A stretch of DNA of 64,000 bases from an uncultured Gammaproteobacteria bacterium (GTDB taxonomy: Bacteria > Pseudomonadota > Gammaproteobacteria > DATFLG01): NCBI GenBank assembly GCA_963830105.1, contig CAWHLH010000003.1:648646-712645 (forward strand), read 5' to 3'. Within the stretch, counting starts at the first letter, position 1. The number at the start of each line of letters is the position of its first letter. The translations under genes and the position numbers were made by a program. Positions 9,934 to 20,807 of the stretch are shown piece after piece. The notes beneath the pieces are model-generated. The model was not told the DNA's origin. It did not search any database and worked only from the letters and a program-made list of their open reading frames with translations.

Positions 9934-10396
9934 ATGCTTAGCCTGATCAATGCCCGGTCGGAAACGGTCGACACCGCCCCCAACCTTCCGGAAAGCGTTC
10001 GCGCAGCGCCGGTGCCTGATCGCCGCCGATGGCTTCTACGAGTGGGCTAAGCCAGCCAGCGGTCCACGACAGCCATGGTTCTTCTGCCTGGTCCGTGGTG
10101 AGCCCTTCGCCTTTGCCGGCCTCTGGGCACGCTGGAAGGGCCCGGACGGCGCCGTGGACTCCTGCACCATCCTGACGACCGAAGCGAACGCGACAGTGGC
10201 CCCTGTACACGGCAGAATGCCCGTGATCGTGGCGCCGGAGGACTACGACCGGTGGCTGGATTCGGACGTGCATGCGCGCGACGCCCTCGAGGATATCCTG
10301 CAGCCGTGTCCCGCCGAGGCGATGGAGGGTTGGCCGGTCAGCCAGCGGGTAAACAGCCCGAAGGTGGACGAGCCGGAGTTGATCGAGGCGGTCTGA
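9934..10396 (+). pseudogene. yedK: SOS response-associated peptidase (SRAP/YedK family), 5'-truncated, with a +1 frameshift in C5 (9977-9981)
   Basis: LINARSETV, then FRKAFAQRRCLIAADGFYEW, FAFAGLW, ILTTEAN, HGRMPVI and VSQRVNSP. The N-terminal MCGR with the catalytic Cys2 is absent. Confidence 0.8.
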
Positions 10397-10509
10397 GGGG
10401 CCTGTCCACCGGTTTCCCTGCGGCGGCGCCCCTCCCGGTGCCGCGTTGCGGCGGTGGCACGGCGCGATCTAGCTGTCGACATTAGCCTCGGATTAGCTGG
10501 CGATCTCAA

Positions 10510-10758
10510 CTACTCCTCATCTGTCGACTCCACACGCTGGCTTCTCACGTATTCTGCCAATCGCTTTCTGGCCTGCCTTGCTTGGCCGGGATAACGACCA
10601 GTAATTAGCTTACAAACGAGCCCAAATGCGACGGAGGTAAGCCAAAAGAAGATGGCAACCCCGACCACCCACCATGCATAGACAGCATCTTGTGCGTTGT
10701 CGGTAAACGAGTACCAGATCACGCCGACGAGCACGCCAACCTGCAATAGCGACCCCAA
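10510..10758 (-). CDS. Small membrane protein (two TM segments), possibly 5'-truncated by IS3
   Basis: Two hydrophobic stretches and a basic C-terminus. The TTG start lies only 8 bp from the IS3 end. Confidence 0.45.
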   Translation of the reverse strand: MGSLLQVGVLVGVIWYSFTDNAQDAVYAWWVVGVAIFFWLTSVAFGLVCKLITGRYPGQARQARKRLAEYVRSQRVESTDEE

Positions 10759-10766
10759 CCATCCCC

Positions 10767-12078
<1,312 letters not shown>

Positions 12079-13381
12079 CCTTGCGCCGGCTACCAGCTGT
12101 CTTGACCCTCTTGCCGTGGTCCAGAGTGTTGATGTCGAAGTACCAGACCGCGCCCTCAGCACCGATGTCGGTAACCAACAGCTGGCCCAGCTCTTCAACG
12201 CGAGCCCCCGAGAAGAGCGCCATGAGTGGCAACCATACCGCTGCCGCGCCGCCGCCTGCCTTGGGCCGTTCGCCCTTCGAGAAGATGGGGAACCGGAAGA
12301 TGAGCTTAAGGTCTTCCTCCGAGTACGACAGCCGCTTCTCTTTGCTGTTCGGCTTCTCGGCAACCTTGACGCCCAACGCTGGGTTGGCCCAGTTGGGTTC
12401 GCTATCGAAGTAGCCATTGGCTCCAGCCCATGCCAGGACAGCTGATAATGCGGTGATGTGCTTGTTGACGCTTGCAGCGCTGAGGGTCCGGGTCGGCGGA
12501 TCGTCCGCAATGGCTCGCTGCACCTGTGGCAACGTCATGCTTAGTAGCTTGCCCGATAGCACAGCAGGGAATCCGCACAGCGCTTCCTTGAACGCACGGA
12601 CCATGGGTCTTGTGATGTCCAGGGCAGGCACATCCCCATGCAACTCGGTAAAGCGCCGAATCCCCCGACCGAACTCTGCCTCTGTCTTGGGCGGAGGGTT
12701 GCGCTCCTTCTTCCACGCCTCATAGAGGTCTGACAGGCGGTCACCGGCTCCACTGGCCCTGACGACCTTGCGTGACTGCACCCGCTTCGTCGCCGGGGGA
12801 ATGTACTCGGGGTACTGGGCAAGCGCCGCGACCGGAGACCAGTCGCCTGAGGCCCGCTTGTTGAGGACGTTGTACAGCGTGAGTTCTGCACGGAGCAGTT
12901 GCTGCGCTAACCGCTGATAGCTGTCGCTGCCCCTGTCGATGGATAGCCCTTCAGCGCGGATCAACGCATCCACGTCATCCGCGAGCACTTCGCTTGCCGT
13001 GTCGCTTTCGGCGGCCTCGATCAGGTGGTCAAGGTGGACGTCGTAAGGATCGGACTCTGGGTCCGTGTGAGACTGTTCGATCTCCGGGAGACCGGTCTCA
13101 CGTACTCGGTCATCGTCCTCAAGAGCCCGCCGCAACCATTGACCCGCGAGCGCCTGGGCAGCCTTATCCGTGAGCACGAAGCCCGAGCGGGCCATCTCTA
13201 TGCGCTGGTCGAACTTGGTCAGCTCTTCAGCGAACCGGCGCTTGGCTTCGCGGACGTCCTTGGTGCGGAGGGAGACCTTGACCTCCCAGCCGAACCGCTC
13301 CCTGAGATCGGGAGGGACCGCTCGGCGGAAGTAGTAGACCCCAGTCTTGGGATGCTTCGTAGGTGTAGGCATCGCGACCAT
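12079..13381 (-). pseudogene. Tyrosine recombinase/integrase with a DUF6538-like N-terminus, C-terminally truncated by IS3
   Basis: HPKTGVYYFRRAVPPDL N-terminus, catalytic R box LMALFSGARVEELGQL and K loop RVKTAGSRRK. The reading frame then enters the IS3 IR, so HxxR and the catalytic Tyr are missing. Confidence 0.88.
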
Positions 13382-13405
13382 CTTGTACCACCCTCTTGTA
13401 CCACC
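13381..13405. repeat. Tandem 12-bp direct repeat TCTTGTACCACC x2 (putative integrase arm-binding sites)
   Basis: Exact copies at 13381-13392 and 13394-13405, between the integrase start and the att site. Confidence 0.6.
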
Positions 13406-13466
13406 GGGTGGCGTCTAAGTCCGCAGTATGCCTAACTTATCTTGAAGATCAAGAACTAGTGAGAAA

Positions 13467-13481
13467 ATGGCGTCCCCAAGG
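13467..13481. repeat. att direct repeat at the tRNA-Glu 3' end
   Basis: Identical to 6140-6154. Confidence 0.85.
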
Positions 13482-13543
13482 GGAGTCGAACCCCTGTCGC
13501 CGCCGTGAAAGGGCGGTGTCCTAGGCCTCTAGACGATGGGGAC
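13468..13543 (-). tRNA. tRNA-Glu (TTC)
   Basis: Reverse complement reads GTCCCCATCGTCTAGAGGCCTAGGACACCGCCCTTTCACGGCGGCGACAGGGGTTCGACTCCCCTTGGGGACGCCA. Confidence 0.97.
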
Positions 13544-13552
13544 AGAAACGCG

Positions 13553-13768
13553 CTATTTACTGGACTCGTCGGGTTTGGTGGACTTCTTGCCGTCCTTCAA
13601 TGGGCAGGCCACAGCGCCCGCGAGCAGTATCAGAAAACCGTAAGGGACCAGCGACAGCAAGGTGACCGTCGAACTGTTAGGGTCCCGAAACAACATCGTA
13701 AAGCCGCCGATGAGGCCGACGGCGATCATCAGGATTCCGCCATAGACCGTGATGCGACACAGTAACAA
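13553..13768 (-). CDS. Small two-TM membrane protein between tRNA-Ala and tRNA-Glu
   Basis: GGILMIAVGLIGGFTMLF and LLSLVPYGFLILLAGAVA helices followed by a Lys-rich tail. Start codon uncertain. Confidence 0.55.
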   Translation of the reverse strand: MLLCRITVYGGILMIAVGLIGGFTMLFRDPNSSTVTLLSLVPYGFLILLAGAVACPLKDGKKSTKPDESSK

Positions 13769-13823
13769 GGTATCCGATACCTGCGGCGAAAAACTTCGGG
13801 CTGGGTATCCAGCCCGAACAATT

Positions 13824-13899
<76 letters not shown>

Positions 13900-13914
13900 G
13901 AAAGCAAGACGCGA

Positions 13915-13943
13915 ATTCTAAGAGAGCCCCGCGGGGCTGTCAA
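13915..13943 (-). promoter_or_regulatory. Sigma70 promoter for tRNA-Ala/Glu
   Basis: TTGACA-17 bp-TAGAAT on the minus strand. The -35 box overlaps the gltX stop codon. Confidence 0.8.
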
Positions 13944-15367
13944 GAATCCTGTGCGCCGGCGCCGGCGCTATTTCGTATATAGTCTAGCGCCTTAGCGATT
14001 CTCTGCAGAGAGCGTTCCCGGCCGACCAGCTGGACGGTCACATCGATGGGGGGCGAGACCGCCCCGCCAGCCACCGCCACCCGCAGGGGCTGGGCGATCT
14101 TGCCCATCTTGACGCCCAGGCTCTCGGCGGTGTCGGTGACCACCTGATGGATGGCCTCCTGGGTCCAGTCAGACAGGGCACCCAGGGCCTCGGCCAGCCG
14201 TTCCAGGGCCTCCACCGCCTCGCCCGTCAGGTTCTTGCGGGCAGCCTTCTCGTCGTAGCCCTCGAAGTCGCGATAGAAAAAGGCGCTGTTCTGGGCCATC
14301 TCCACCAGGGTCTTGGCGCGCTCGCGCTGGGCAATGACCACATCGGCCAGCTCCGGGGCGGGCGCGGGATCGACGTCCATGCGCCCCAGGTGCACGCTCA
14401 GGTGACGGGCCACATGGGGGGGCTCGCCGCTCTTGATGTAGTGCTGGTTCAGCCACAGCAGCTTGCCGGCGTTGAAGGTGGACGGGGCGTTGTTCACCGA
14501 GCCGATGTCGAACAGCTCGACCATCTCGTCCAGGGAGAAGATCTCCTGGTCCCCATGGGACCAGCCCAGGCGCACCAGGTAATTGAGCAGCGCCTCGGGC
14601 AGGTAGCCCTCGTCGCGGTATTGCATGACGCTGACCGCCCCGTGGCGCTTGGACAGGCGCTTGCCGTCCTCGCCCAGGATCATCGGCACATGGGCGAAGT
14701 GCGGCGGCTCGTAACCCAGCGCCCGCATGATGTTCATCTGCCGGGGCGTGTTGTTGAGGTGATCGTCGCCGCGGATGACCTGGGTGATGGCCATGTCGGT
14801 GTCGTCCACCACCACGGTGAGGTTGTAGGTGGGGCTGCCGTCGCTGCGCTGGATGATCAGGTCGTCGAGCTCGGCGTTGTTGAACACCACCCGGCCGCGC
14901 ACCAGATCGTCGACCACCACCTGGCCTTCCAGGGGGTTGCGGAAGCGCACCACATAGGGCGCATCCGGCGACGGCGGCGTGGCGCCGTTGCGGCAGTGGC
15001 CGTCGTAGCGTGGCTTTTCCTTGCGGGCGAGCTGGCCGGCACGCAGCGTTTCCAGGCGCTCCTTGCTGCAGTAGCAGCGGTAGGCATGGCCGGTGTCCAT
15101 CAGCCGCTGGATGATCGCCCGGTAATGGTCGAAGCGCTCGGTCTGGTAGAACGGGCCTTCGTCGTAGTCCAGCCCCAACCAGGTCATGCCCTCCAGTATG
15201 GCGTTCACCGATTCGGCGGTGGACCGCTCAAGGTCGGTGTCCTCGATGCGCAGCACGAACTTGCCGCCGTGTCTGCGGGCATGGAGCCAGGAGAACAACG
15301 CCGTGCGCGCGCCGCCGATATGCAGGTAGCCGGTGGGGCTGGGGGCGAAGCGGGTGCGTATGGTCAT
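13940..15367 (-). CDS. gltX: Glutamate--tRNA ligase
   Basis: [18 protein letters not shown] (HIGH motif), CYCSKERL and KRLSKRHGA (KMSKS motif). Start MTIRTRF at 15367. Confidence 0.97.
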   Translation of the reverse strand: MTIRTRFAPSPTGYLHIGGARTALFSWLHARRHGGKFVLRIEDTDLERSTAESVNAILEGMTWLGLDYDEGPFYQTERFDHYRAIIQRLMDTGHAYRCYCSKERLETLRAGQLARKEKPRYDGHCRNGATPPSPDAPYVVRFRNPLEGQVVVDDLVRGRVVFNNAELDDLIIQRSDGSPTYNLTVVVDDTDMAITQVIRGDDHLNNTPRQMNIMRALGYEPPHFAHVPMILGEDGKRLSKRHGAVSVMQYRDEGYLPEALLNYLVRLGWSHGDQEIFSLDEMVELFDIGSVNNAPSTFNAGKLLWLNQHYIKSGEPPHVARHLSVHLGRMDVDPAPAPELADVVIAQRERAKTLVEMAQNSAFFYRDFEGYDEKAARKNLTGEAVEALERLAEALGALSDWTQEAIHQVVTDTAESLGVKMGKIAQPLRVAVAGGAVSPPIDVTVQLVGRERSLQRIAKALDYIRNSAGAGAQDS

Positions 15368-15470
15368 AAGCTGCGGAATCCGGCCGAGGTTGGGGAAAGG
15401 CGCCATTCTACCAAAGAGCGCACAGGCGCGCGTGCCGCTGTGGGCGCCGCAGCGCCGCTGGCGTGGCCGG

Positions 15471-16463
15471 TTAGATGGCGTTGCGCAGGCCCAGTTCCTC
15501 GGGATAGGGCTGCAGGTAGCGCTGGGCCAGAACGTAGGGCTGGGGCGCCCGGCGCAGGTGGTGACGCAGCAGGGTGAGCGGCACCACCAGGGGCACCGTG
15601 CCGTGCCGGTAGGCGTCGATCACGGTCTGCATCTCCGCCTTGTCGTCGCCGCTCAGGGACTGCTTGATGAAGCCGGCCAGATGCTGCACCACATTGGCAT
15701 GCCGGCCGCGGCTGGAGAGGCTCCGCAGGGCGTCCATCAGCCGCGTCAGGTAGGCGTCCTTCAGGGTCTCCAACGGCCCGCAACCGGCCTGCGCAACCAG
15801 CCGGCCGAGCTCGCGCAGCAGGTGGGCGCCGCGGCTGAGGATGATGAACTTGTGCTCGCTGTGAAAGCGCACCAGTGCCGCCGGTGTGTCGGCCGGCGCC
15901 ACCGTGCGGCGCCAGTGGTCGTAGACGAACACCCGCTCGATGAAGTTTTCCCGCAGCAGCGGGTCATGCAGACGCCCCTCCTCCTCCACCGGCAGCCAGG
16001 GCATGCGCTCCATGAGCTCACGGGCGAACAGACCGACCCCGGAGCGCTCCGGCATGCCGCTGTCGGCGTAGACCTTCACCCGCTCCATACCGCAGCTGGG
16101 CGAACCGCTCTTGAGAATGTAACCGCTGATGGCTTCCAGGGCGGCGATGCGCTCGCGGGCGAACCGAGCCATGGTATCGGTCACGTCCAGGCCGGGATTC
16201 CGCGCCCCCACCAACCGGGGTCCGTCCGCCCGTCCGCTCAGACGCAGCGCCGGACGCGGGGCGCCCAGTCCGATGGCCAGTTCGGGACACGCGGGCACAT
16301 AACGGAAGTAGCGGGCCAGCACATCGGTCACCAGCGCGTTGCGCTTGTGACCGCCGTCGAAACGCACCTTCTGACCCAGCAGGCAACTGCTAACGCCCAC
16401 CGGTATGGCCGCCTGCTCCTCTGTGGCGGCAGCGACTTCTTCAGGACCGTTCGATTTCTTCAT
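15471..16463 (-). CDS. ybgA: DUF523 (TudS-like Fe-S desulfidase)-DUF1722 fusion (YbgA/RudS-like)
   Basis: [65 protein letters not shown] and YLQPYPEEL motifs. ATGA overlap with the upstream gene. Confidence 0.9.
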   Translation of the reverse strand: MKKSNGPEEVAAATEEQAAIPVGVSSCLLGQKVRFDGGHKRNALVTDVLARYFRYVPACPELAIGLGAPRPALRLSGRADGPRLVGARNPGLDVTDTMARFARERIAALEAISGYILKSGSPSCGMERVKVYADSGMPERSGVGLFARELMERMPWLPVEEEGRLHDPLLRENFIERVFVYDHWRRTVAPADTPAALVRFHSEHKFIILSRGAHLLRELGRLVAQAGCGPLETLKDAYLTRLMDALRSLSSRGRHANVVQHLAGFIKQSLSGDDKAEMQTVIDAYRHGTVPLVVPLTLLRHHLRRAPQPYVLAQRYLQPYPEELGLRNAI

Positions 16464-17221
16464 AGCGCAGACACCATCACCCAGGCCAGACACATGGCAA
16501 CCACCGCGGTCAGACCGCGGCGCAGACGCAGATACCAGCCGGGCAGCCAGCCGCGGCCCAGCAGCCACTCGTCCCACAGATAGACACCGGCAAAGCCGCC
16601 CAGCAGCAGCGCGGCCGCCCCGGCCTCGGACAGCGCATAGGCCGCCCAGGCCACCAGCGGCGCCAACACGCTGACGCCATACAACAGCCAAGCCCGGGGG
16701 CCGGCCACCATGGCCGGCAGCCCCGTGCCCCATTGCACACCGCCCAGGAAGGCCAGGATGACCGCCCCGTAACTGAGGGTGAACGCGTACCAATCCACCG
16801 GCCCCGACCCGTTTGGCGCCAACAGGGCCGACGCGCCGGCCACGAACGGCAACAGCCCCCCGAGGCCGAGCCACAGAGCGGGCAGCGGCAGCGGCGCGCC
16901 GCGCTGCGCGGAAGGGTCTTGCAGGCCGACGGCCAGCTCCGGCTCGCCGCCCACGAAACGGCCGTCCAGAAACACCTGCGGCAGCGTCGACCAGCGGGTG
17001 AACGCGCGCAGCTCGCCGAACCGCCGGCGCATGGCGTCCGATCCCATGCCCATGCGCTGAATGCCGTACTCCACACCGGCGCCGCGCAGGCGCTGCTCCA
17101 ACTGGCGGGTATCGGTGAGCTCCGAGCAGAACACCACCACTCGGGTGCGGGTGACCAGTTCCAGCAGCCAAGCCGGCAACGATCCCCCCTCGACGGGCGG
17201 TTCAGCACCCATCGCGACCAT
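16460..17221 (-). CDS. Glutaredoxin-like domain fused to a DUF3429-like membrane domain
   Basis: Grx motif WSTLPQVFLDGRFVGG with a single Cys (FCSE), then LGLGGLLPFV, YGAVILAFLGGVQWG and GWLPGWYLRLRRGLT. GGAGG RBS before ATG 17221. Confidence 0.78.
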   Translation of the reverse strand: MVAMGAEPPVEGGSLPAWLLELVTRTRVVVFCSELTDTRQLEQRLRGAGVEYGIQRMGMGSDAMRRRFGELRAFTRWSTLPQVFLDGRFVGGEPELAVGLQDPSAQRGAPLPLPALWLGLGGLLPFVAGASALLAPNGSGPVDWYAFTLSYGAVILAFLGGVQWGTGLPAMVAGPRAWLLYGVSVLAPLVAWAAYALSEAGAAALLLGGFAGVYLWDEWLLGRGWLPGWYLRLRRGLTAVVAMCLAWVMVSAL

Positions 17222-17395
17222 GGTCAGACCTCCTGCGCCCCTGCCGCGGCCGGCATTCGCTGTTCGGACCGGCCGAGTCGATGTCCAGGACATAATGCCA
17301 TCCTCCATATTCGGAAACCAGCCGATCCGCTCGCTTGATTTATCCATAAGCCACTGACGAAATTAAGAAAATCGACCATATTTCGATCCCTCTTG

Positions 17396-17439
17396 CAATC
17401 TGACATAAACTATACAATACTTCGACAACACTTGTACAG
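17396..17439 (+). promoter_or_regulatory. Four tandem 11-bp direct repeats with TnnACA core (CarH/LitR-type operator)
   Basis: CAATCTGACAT, AAACTATACAA, TACTTCGACAA, CACTTGTACAG, with cores at 17400, 17411, 17422 and 17433 (exact 11-bp phase). AT-rich spacer between divergent operons. Confidence 0.65.
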
Positions 17440-17473
17440 TGCAATCGGAAAAGCGACACAGGACGGACATGAC

Positions 17474-18835
17474 ATGGCATTCGACAGCGGACTGTATTGC
17501 GCCCACCGCCCGCGGCTGGCGGTGGTTGGCACCGGCATCTCCGGACTTGCCACGGCCTGGCTGCTGCGCCAGCGCTACGACGTCACCCTCTTCGAGCGCA
17601 ACGACTATGTCGGCGGCCACACCCATACGGTCGCGGTCGACGGTCCCGACGGGCCGGTGGCGGTGGACACGGGTTTCATCGTGTTCAACCGACGCAACTA
17701 CCCGCACCTGAGTGCGCTGTTCGGCCACCTGGGCATTGCCAGCCAGCCCAGCGACATGTCCTTTGCCGCATCGGTGGATGACGGGCGCATCGAGTACGCC
17801 GGCAGCGGACTGGGTACCCTGTTCGCCCAGGGCCGCCACTTGGTCAGCCCGCGCTTCTACGGCATGCTGCGGGACATACTGCGGTTCAACCGGCACGCCA
17901 CGCGGCTGCTGGCGCAGGGCTGGGACGAACCGACCAGCCTCGGGCTGTTTCTGAAGCGTCTCGGCCTGGGGGACGCCTTCCGCGACCACTATCTGCTGCC
18001 CATGGCGGCCGCCATCTGGTCCTGCCCCTGCAGCACCATGCTCGACTTTCCGGCCCACAGCCTGCTGCGGTTCTTCCACAATCACGGCCTGCTGGGGCTC
18101 TCAGATCGGCCCCAGTGGCGCACCGTCAGCGGCGGCAGCTGGCGCTATGTGGGCCGGCTGCTGCAGGACCTGAACGCGGTGCGCTGCAGCACACCAGTGC
18201 GCGCGGTGGTCAGGCGCACCGCCGGCCTGGACGTCATTACCGATGACGGTGCCAGCCGGCCCTTCGACCAGGTCGTGGTGGCCACCCACGCGGACGAAGC
18301 CCGCACCCTGCTGGCCGATCCGGACCCGCTGGAAGGACGCCTGCTGGGCGCCTTCCGCTACCAGCCCAACCGTGCCGTGCTGCACACCGATGCGCGGCTG
18401 ATGCCGCGTCGCCGTCGGGTCTGGTCGGCGTGGAACTACCTGGCGCGCACGGACGCGCCCGACCGTGAACCGCGGGTGTCGGTCACCTACTGGATGAACT
18501 GCCTGCAGCGCCTCACCGTGCCCACCCCCTATCTGGTGTCCCTCAACCCGCTCACCGAACCGGACCCGGACAAGGTGCTGCGTGAGATGGCATACACCCA
18601 CCCGGTACTGGACGGGGCCGCCATGGCCGCCCAGCGCCGCCTCGGCGAAATCCAGGGCCGCGGCGGGCTTTGGTTCGCGGGCAGCTATTTCGGCTATGGT
18701 TTTCACGAGGACGGCATGCGCTCGGCGGTTCAGGTGGCGCACGCCCTGGGGGCGGAGCTGCCCTGGGAGCAGCCGTTGGCGCACACGGCGCCCGCCGCGC
18801 CTGCCGGCCTGGCCTGGGAGGGGTCGCGTCCATGA
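17474..18835 (+). CDS. FAD-dependent oxidoreductase/amine oxidase family (UfaD-like fatty acid desaturase)
   Basis: Rossmann motif LAVVGTGISGL, ERNDYVGGHTHT, VDTGFIVFNRRNYP, SDMSFA and GSYFGYGFHEDG. Start MAFDSG at 17474. Confidence 0.88.
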   Translation: MAFDSGLYCAHRPRLAVVGTGISGLATAWLLRQRYDVTLFERNDYVGGHTHTVAVDGPDGPVAVDTGFIVFNRRNYPHLSALFGHLGIASQPSDMSFAASVDDGRIEYAGSGLGTLFAQGRHLVSPRFYGMLRDILRFNRHATRLLAQGWDEPTSLGLFLKRLGLGDAFRDHYLLPMAAAIWSCPCSTMLDFPAHSLLRFFHNHGLLGLSDRPQWRTVSGGSWRYVGRLLQDLNAVRCSTPVRAVVRRTAGLDVITDDGASRPFDQVVVATHADEARTLLADPDPLEGRLLGAFRYQPNRAVLHTDARLMPRRRRVWSAWNYLARTDAPDREPRVSVTYWMNCLQRLTVPTPYLVSLNPLTEPDPDKVLREMAYTHPVLDGAAMAAQRRLGEIQGRGGLWFAGSYFGYGFHEDGMRSAVQVAHALGAELPWEQPLAHTAPAAPAGLAWEGSRP

Positions 18836-19581
18836 TTCTGTCCGGACAAGTGATGCACCGGCGCCTGTTTCCGATGCGCTACCGCTTCACCTATCGGGTG
18901 TTCAGCCTGCTGCTGGACCTGGAGCAGCTGCCGGCGCTGCACCGTGGGCTGCGCCTTTTCTCCCATAACCGCTTCAACCTGTTCAGCTTCCATGACCGCG
19001 ATCACGGGCCGCGCAACGGCACCGCGCTGCGCCCCTGGATCGACGCCGTGCTCGCCGCCCAGGGCATCGACCTCGCCGGCGGCACGGTACGGCTGTTGTG
19101 TTTCCCGCGGGTGCTGGGCTATGTCTTCAACCCGCTCAGCGTCTGGTACTGCCAGCACGCCGACGGCGAGTTGCGCGCCGTGCTGTGCGAGGTCAACAAC
19201 ACCTTCGGGGAAGGCCACAGCTACCTGCTGCACGCCTCGGGCGCCCCCCTGGACTGCCCGGTTCGGGGCCACAAACCCAAGGTCCTGCACGTCTCCCCGT
19301 TCATCGCCATGGACGCACACTACCAGTTCCGGCTGGCCAAACCGGCGTCCAGCCTGTCGGTACTCATCCACGAGTATCAGCACGACGAACTGATGCTGGT
19401 GGCGACGCTCACCGGCCGGCTGCAGCCGTTGACCGACGGGCGCCTGGGCGCGGCGTTCGTGCGCTATCCCCTGTTGACCCTGAAGGTCATGGCCATGATC
19501 CACTGGCAAGCGCTGAAGATCTGGTGGCGCGGCGGGCGCTTTCACCCCAAGCCGGCCCCACCCGAAACGGAGGTTACCTGA
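18832..19581 (+). CDS. DUF1365 family protein (UfaO-like)
   Basis: VMHRRLFPMRYRFTY, LLCFPRVLGYVFNPLSVWYC, EVNNTFGE, KVLHVSPF and IHWQALKIW motifs. Confidence 0.9.
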   Translation: MILSGQVMHRRLFPMRYRFTYRVFSLLLDLEQLPALHRGLRLFSHNRFNLFSFHDRDHGPRNGTALRPWIDAVLAAQGIDLAGGTVRLLCFPRVLGYVFNPLSVWYCQHADGELRAVLCEVNNTFGEGHSYLLHASGAPLDCPVRGHKPKVLHVSPFIAMDAHYQFRLAKPASSLSVLIHEYQHDELMLVATLTGRLQPLTDGRLGAAFVRYPLLTLKVMAMIHWQALKIWWRGGRFHPKPAPPETEVT

Positions 19582-19583
19582 GC

Positions 19584-20807
19584 ATGACGCGCGAACACTC
19601 GGCCACCACCAGCGCCGGCCCGGCCCGATCCTCCGCCAGACCGTCTCTGGGCTGGCGAAGGCTGCTGCGCACGCTGGAGCGGCTGCAGGCCGGCCAACTG
19701 ACAGTGACGCTGCCGGGCGGCGACCGGCACCTGTTCCGGGGCACGCAGCCGGGCCCTTCGGCAACGCTGCACCTGCACTCGGTACGCGTGCTGCTGCGGC
19801 TGCTCGGCGCCGGCAGCGACGGGATGACCGCAAGCCATCTCGCCGGCGAGTGGTCCAGCCCCGATCTGGCCGCGCTGCTCGAACTCGGCGCCCGCAACGA
19901 ACACGCACTCGGCGCCGTTGCCAACACCGCGGGCCTGGCGGGGCTCTGGCAGCGCCTGCGCCACCGGTTGCGCGCCAACACCCGGCGCGGCAGTCGCCGC
20001 AACATCGCCTACCACTACGACCTGGGCAACGATTTCTACCGCAGCTGGCTGGATGAGACCATGAGCTATTCCTGCGCGCTGTTCAGCACCGCGGACCAAC
20101 CCCTGGCGGACGCCCAGCGGGCCAAGTACCGGCGCATGCTGGCACTGATCGAGCCGGCGCCGGGCGCCCACATCCTGGAAATCGGCTGCGGCTGGGGCGG
20201 ATTCGCCGAGCACGCCGCCCGCCAGGGCTACCGGGTTACCGGCATCACGCTGTCCAGCGCACAGCTCGCCTATGCCCGTGCGCGCCTGCAGGCGGCCGGC
20301 CTGTCCGAGCGTGTCGACCTGCAACTGCTGGACTACCGGGATCTGCAGGGCCGCTTCGATCACGCGGTGTCCATTGAAATGTTCGAAGCGGTCGGGGAAC
20401 GCTACTGGGACACCTTCTTTGCGACGCTGGCGCGCTGCCTGCGCCCGGGCGGTCGGGCCGCGCTGCAGGCGATCACCATCGCCGACGCCTATTTCGAACG
20501 CTACCGCCGCGGCGTGGACTTCATCCAGACCCATATCTTCCCCGGCGGCATGCTGCCCAGCCCGACGGCTTTTGCGACCCATGCCCGGCGCGCCGGTTTC
20601 GCCGTCACCGGGACCGCTTTCCGCGGCGCGGACTACGCCCGCACCCTGGCCCTGTGGCAGCAGCGTTTCCACGCGCTGTGCGGGCAATTGGACCCGGCCG
20701 CCTATCCACCCCGCTTCCAGCGGGCCTGGAACTACTACCTGGCCTACTGCCAGGCGGGCTTCCGCTGCGGACGCATCGACCTGATGGACACCCGCCTGGA
20801 AACCTGA
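19584..20807 (+). CDS. cfa: Cyclopropane-fatty-acyl-phospholipid synthase family SAM methyltransferase (UfaM-like)
   Basis: SRRNIAYHYDLGNDFY, LDETMSYSCALF, LEIGCGWGG, SIEMFEAVGE, IFPGGMLPS and WNYYLAYCQAGF motifs. Confidence 0.92.
   Translation: MTREHSATTSAGPARSSARPSLGWRRLLRTLERLQAGQLTVTLPGGDRHLFRGTQPGPSATLHLHSVRVLLRLLGAGSDGMTASHLAGEWSSPDLAALLELGARNEHALGAVANTAGLAGLWQRLRHRLRANTRRGSRRNIAYHYDLGNDFYRSWLDETMSYSCALFSTADQPLADAQRAKYRRMLALIEPAPGAHILEIGCGWGGFAEHAARQGYRVTGITLSSAQLAYARARLQAAGLSERVDLQLLDYRDLQGRFDHAVSIEMFEAVGERYWDTFFATLARCLRPGGRAALQAITIADAYFERYRRGVDFIQTHIFPGGMLPSPTAFATHARRAGFAVTGTAFRGADYARTLALWQQRFHALCGQLDPAAYPPRFQRAWNYYLAYCQAGFRCGRIDLMDTRLET

Noticed and set aside
17380-17445. PpsR/CrtJ (TGT-N12-ACA) or sigmaE (TGATCC...CGTA) sites in the stress-cluster spacer
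   Set aside because: Spacing does not fit TGT-N12-ACA, and CGATCC at 17384 has no matching -10 element. The 11-bp repeat model fits better.
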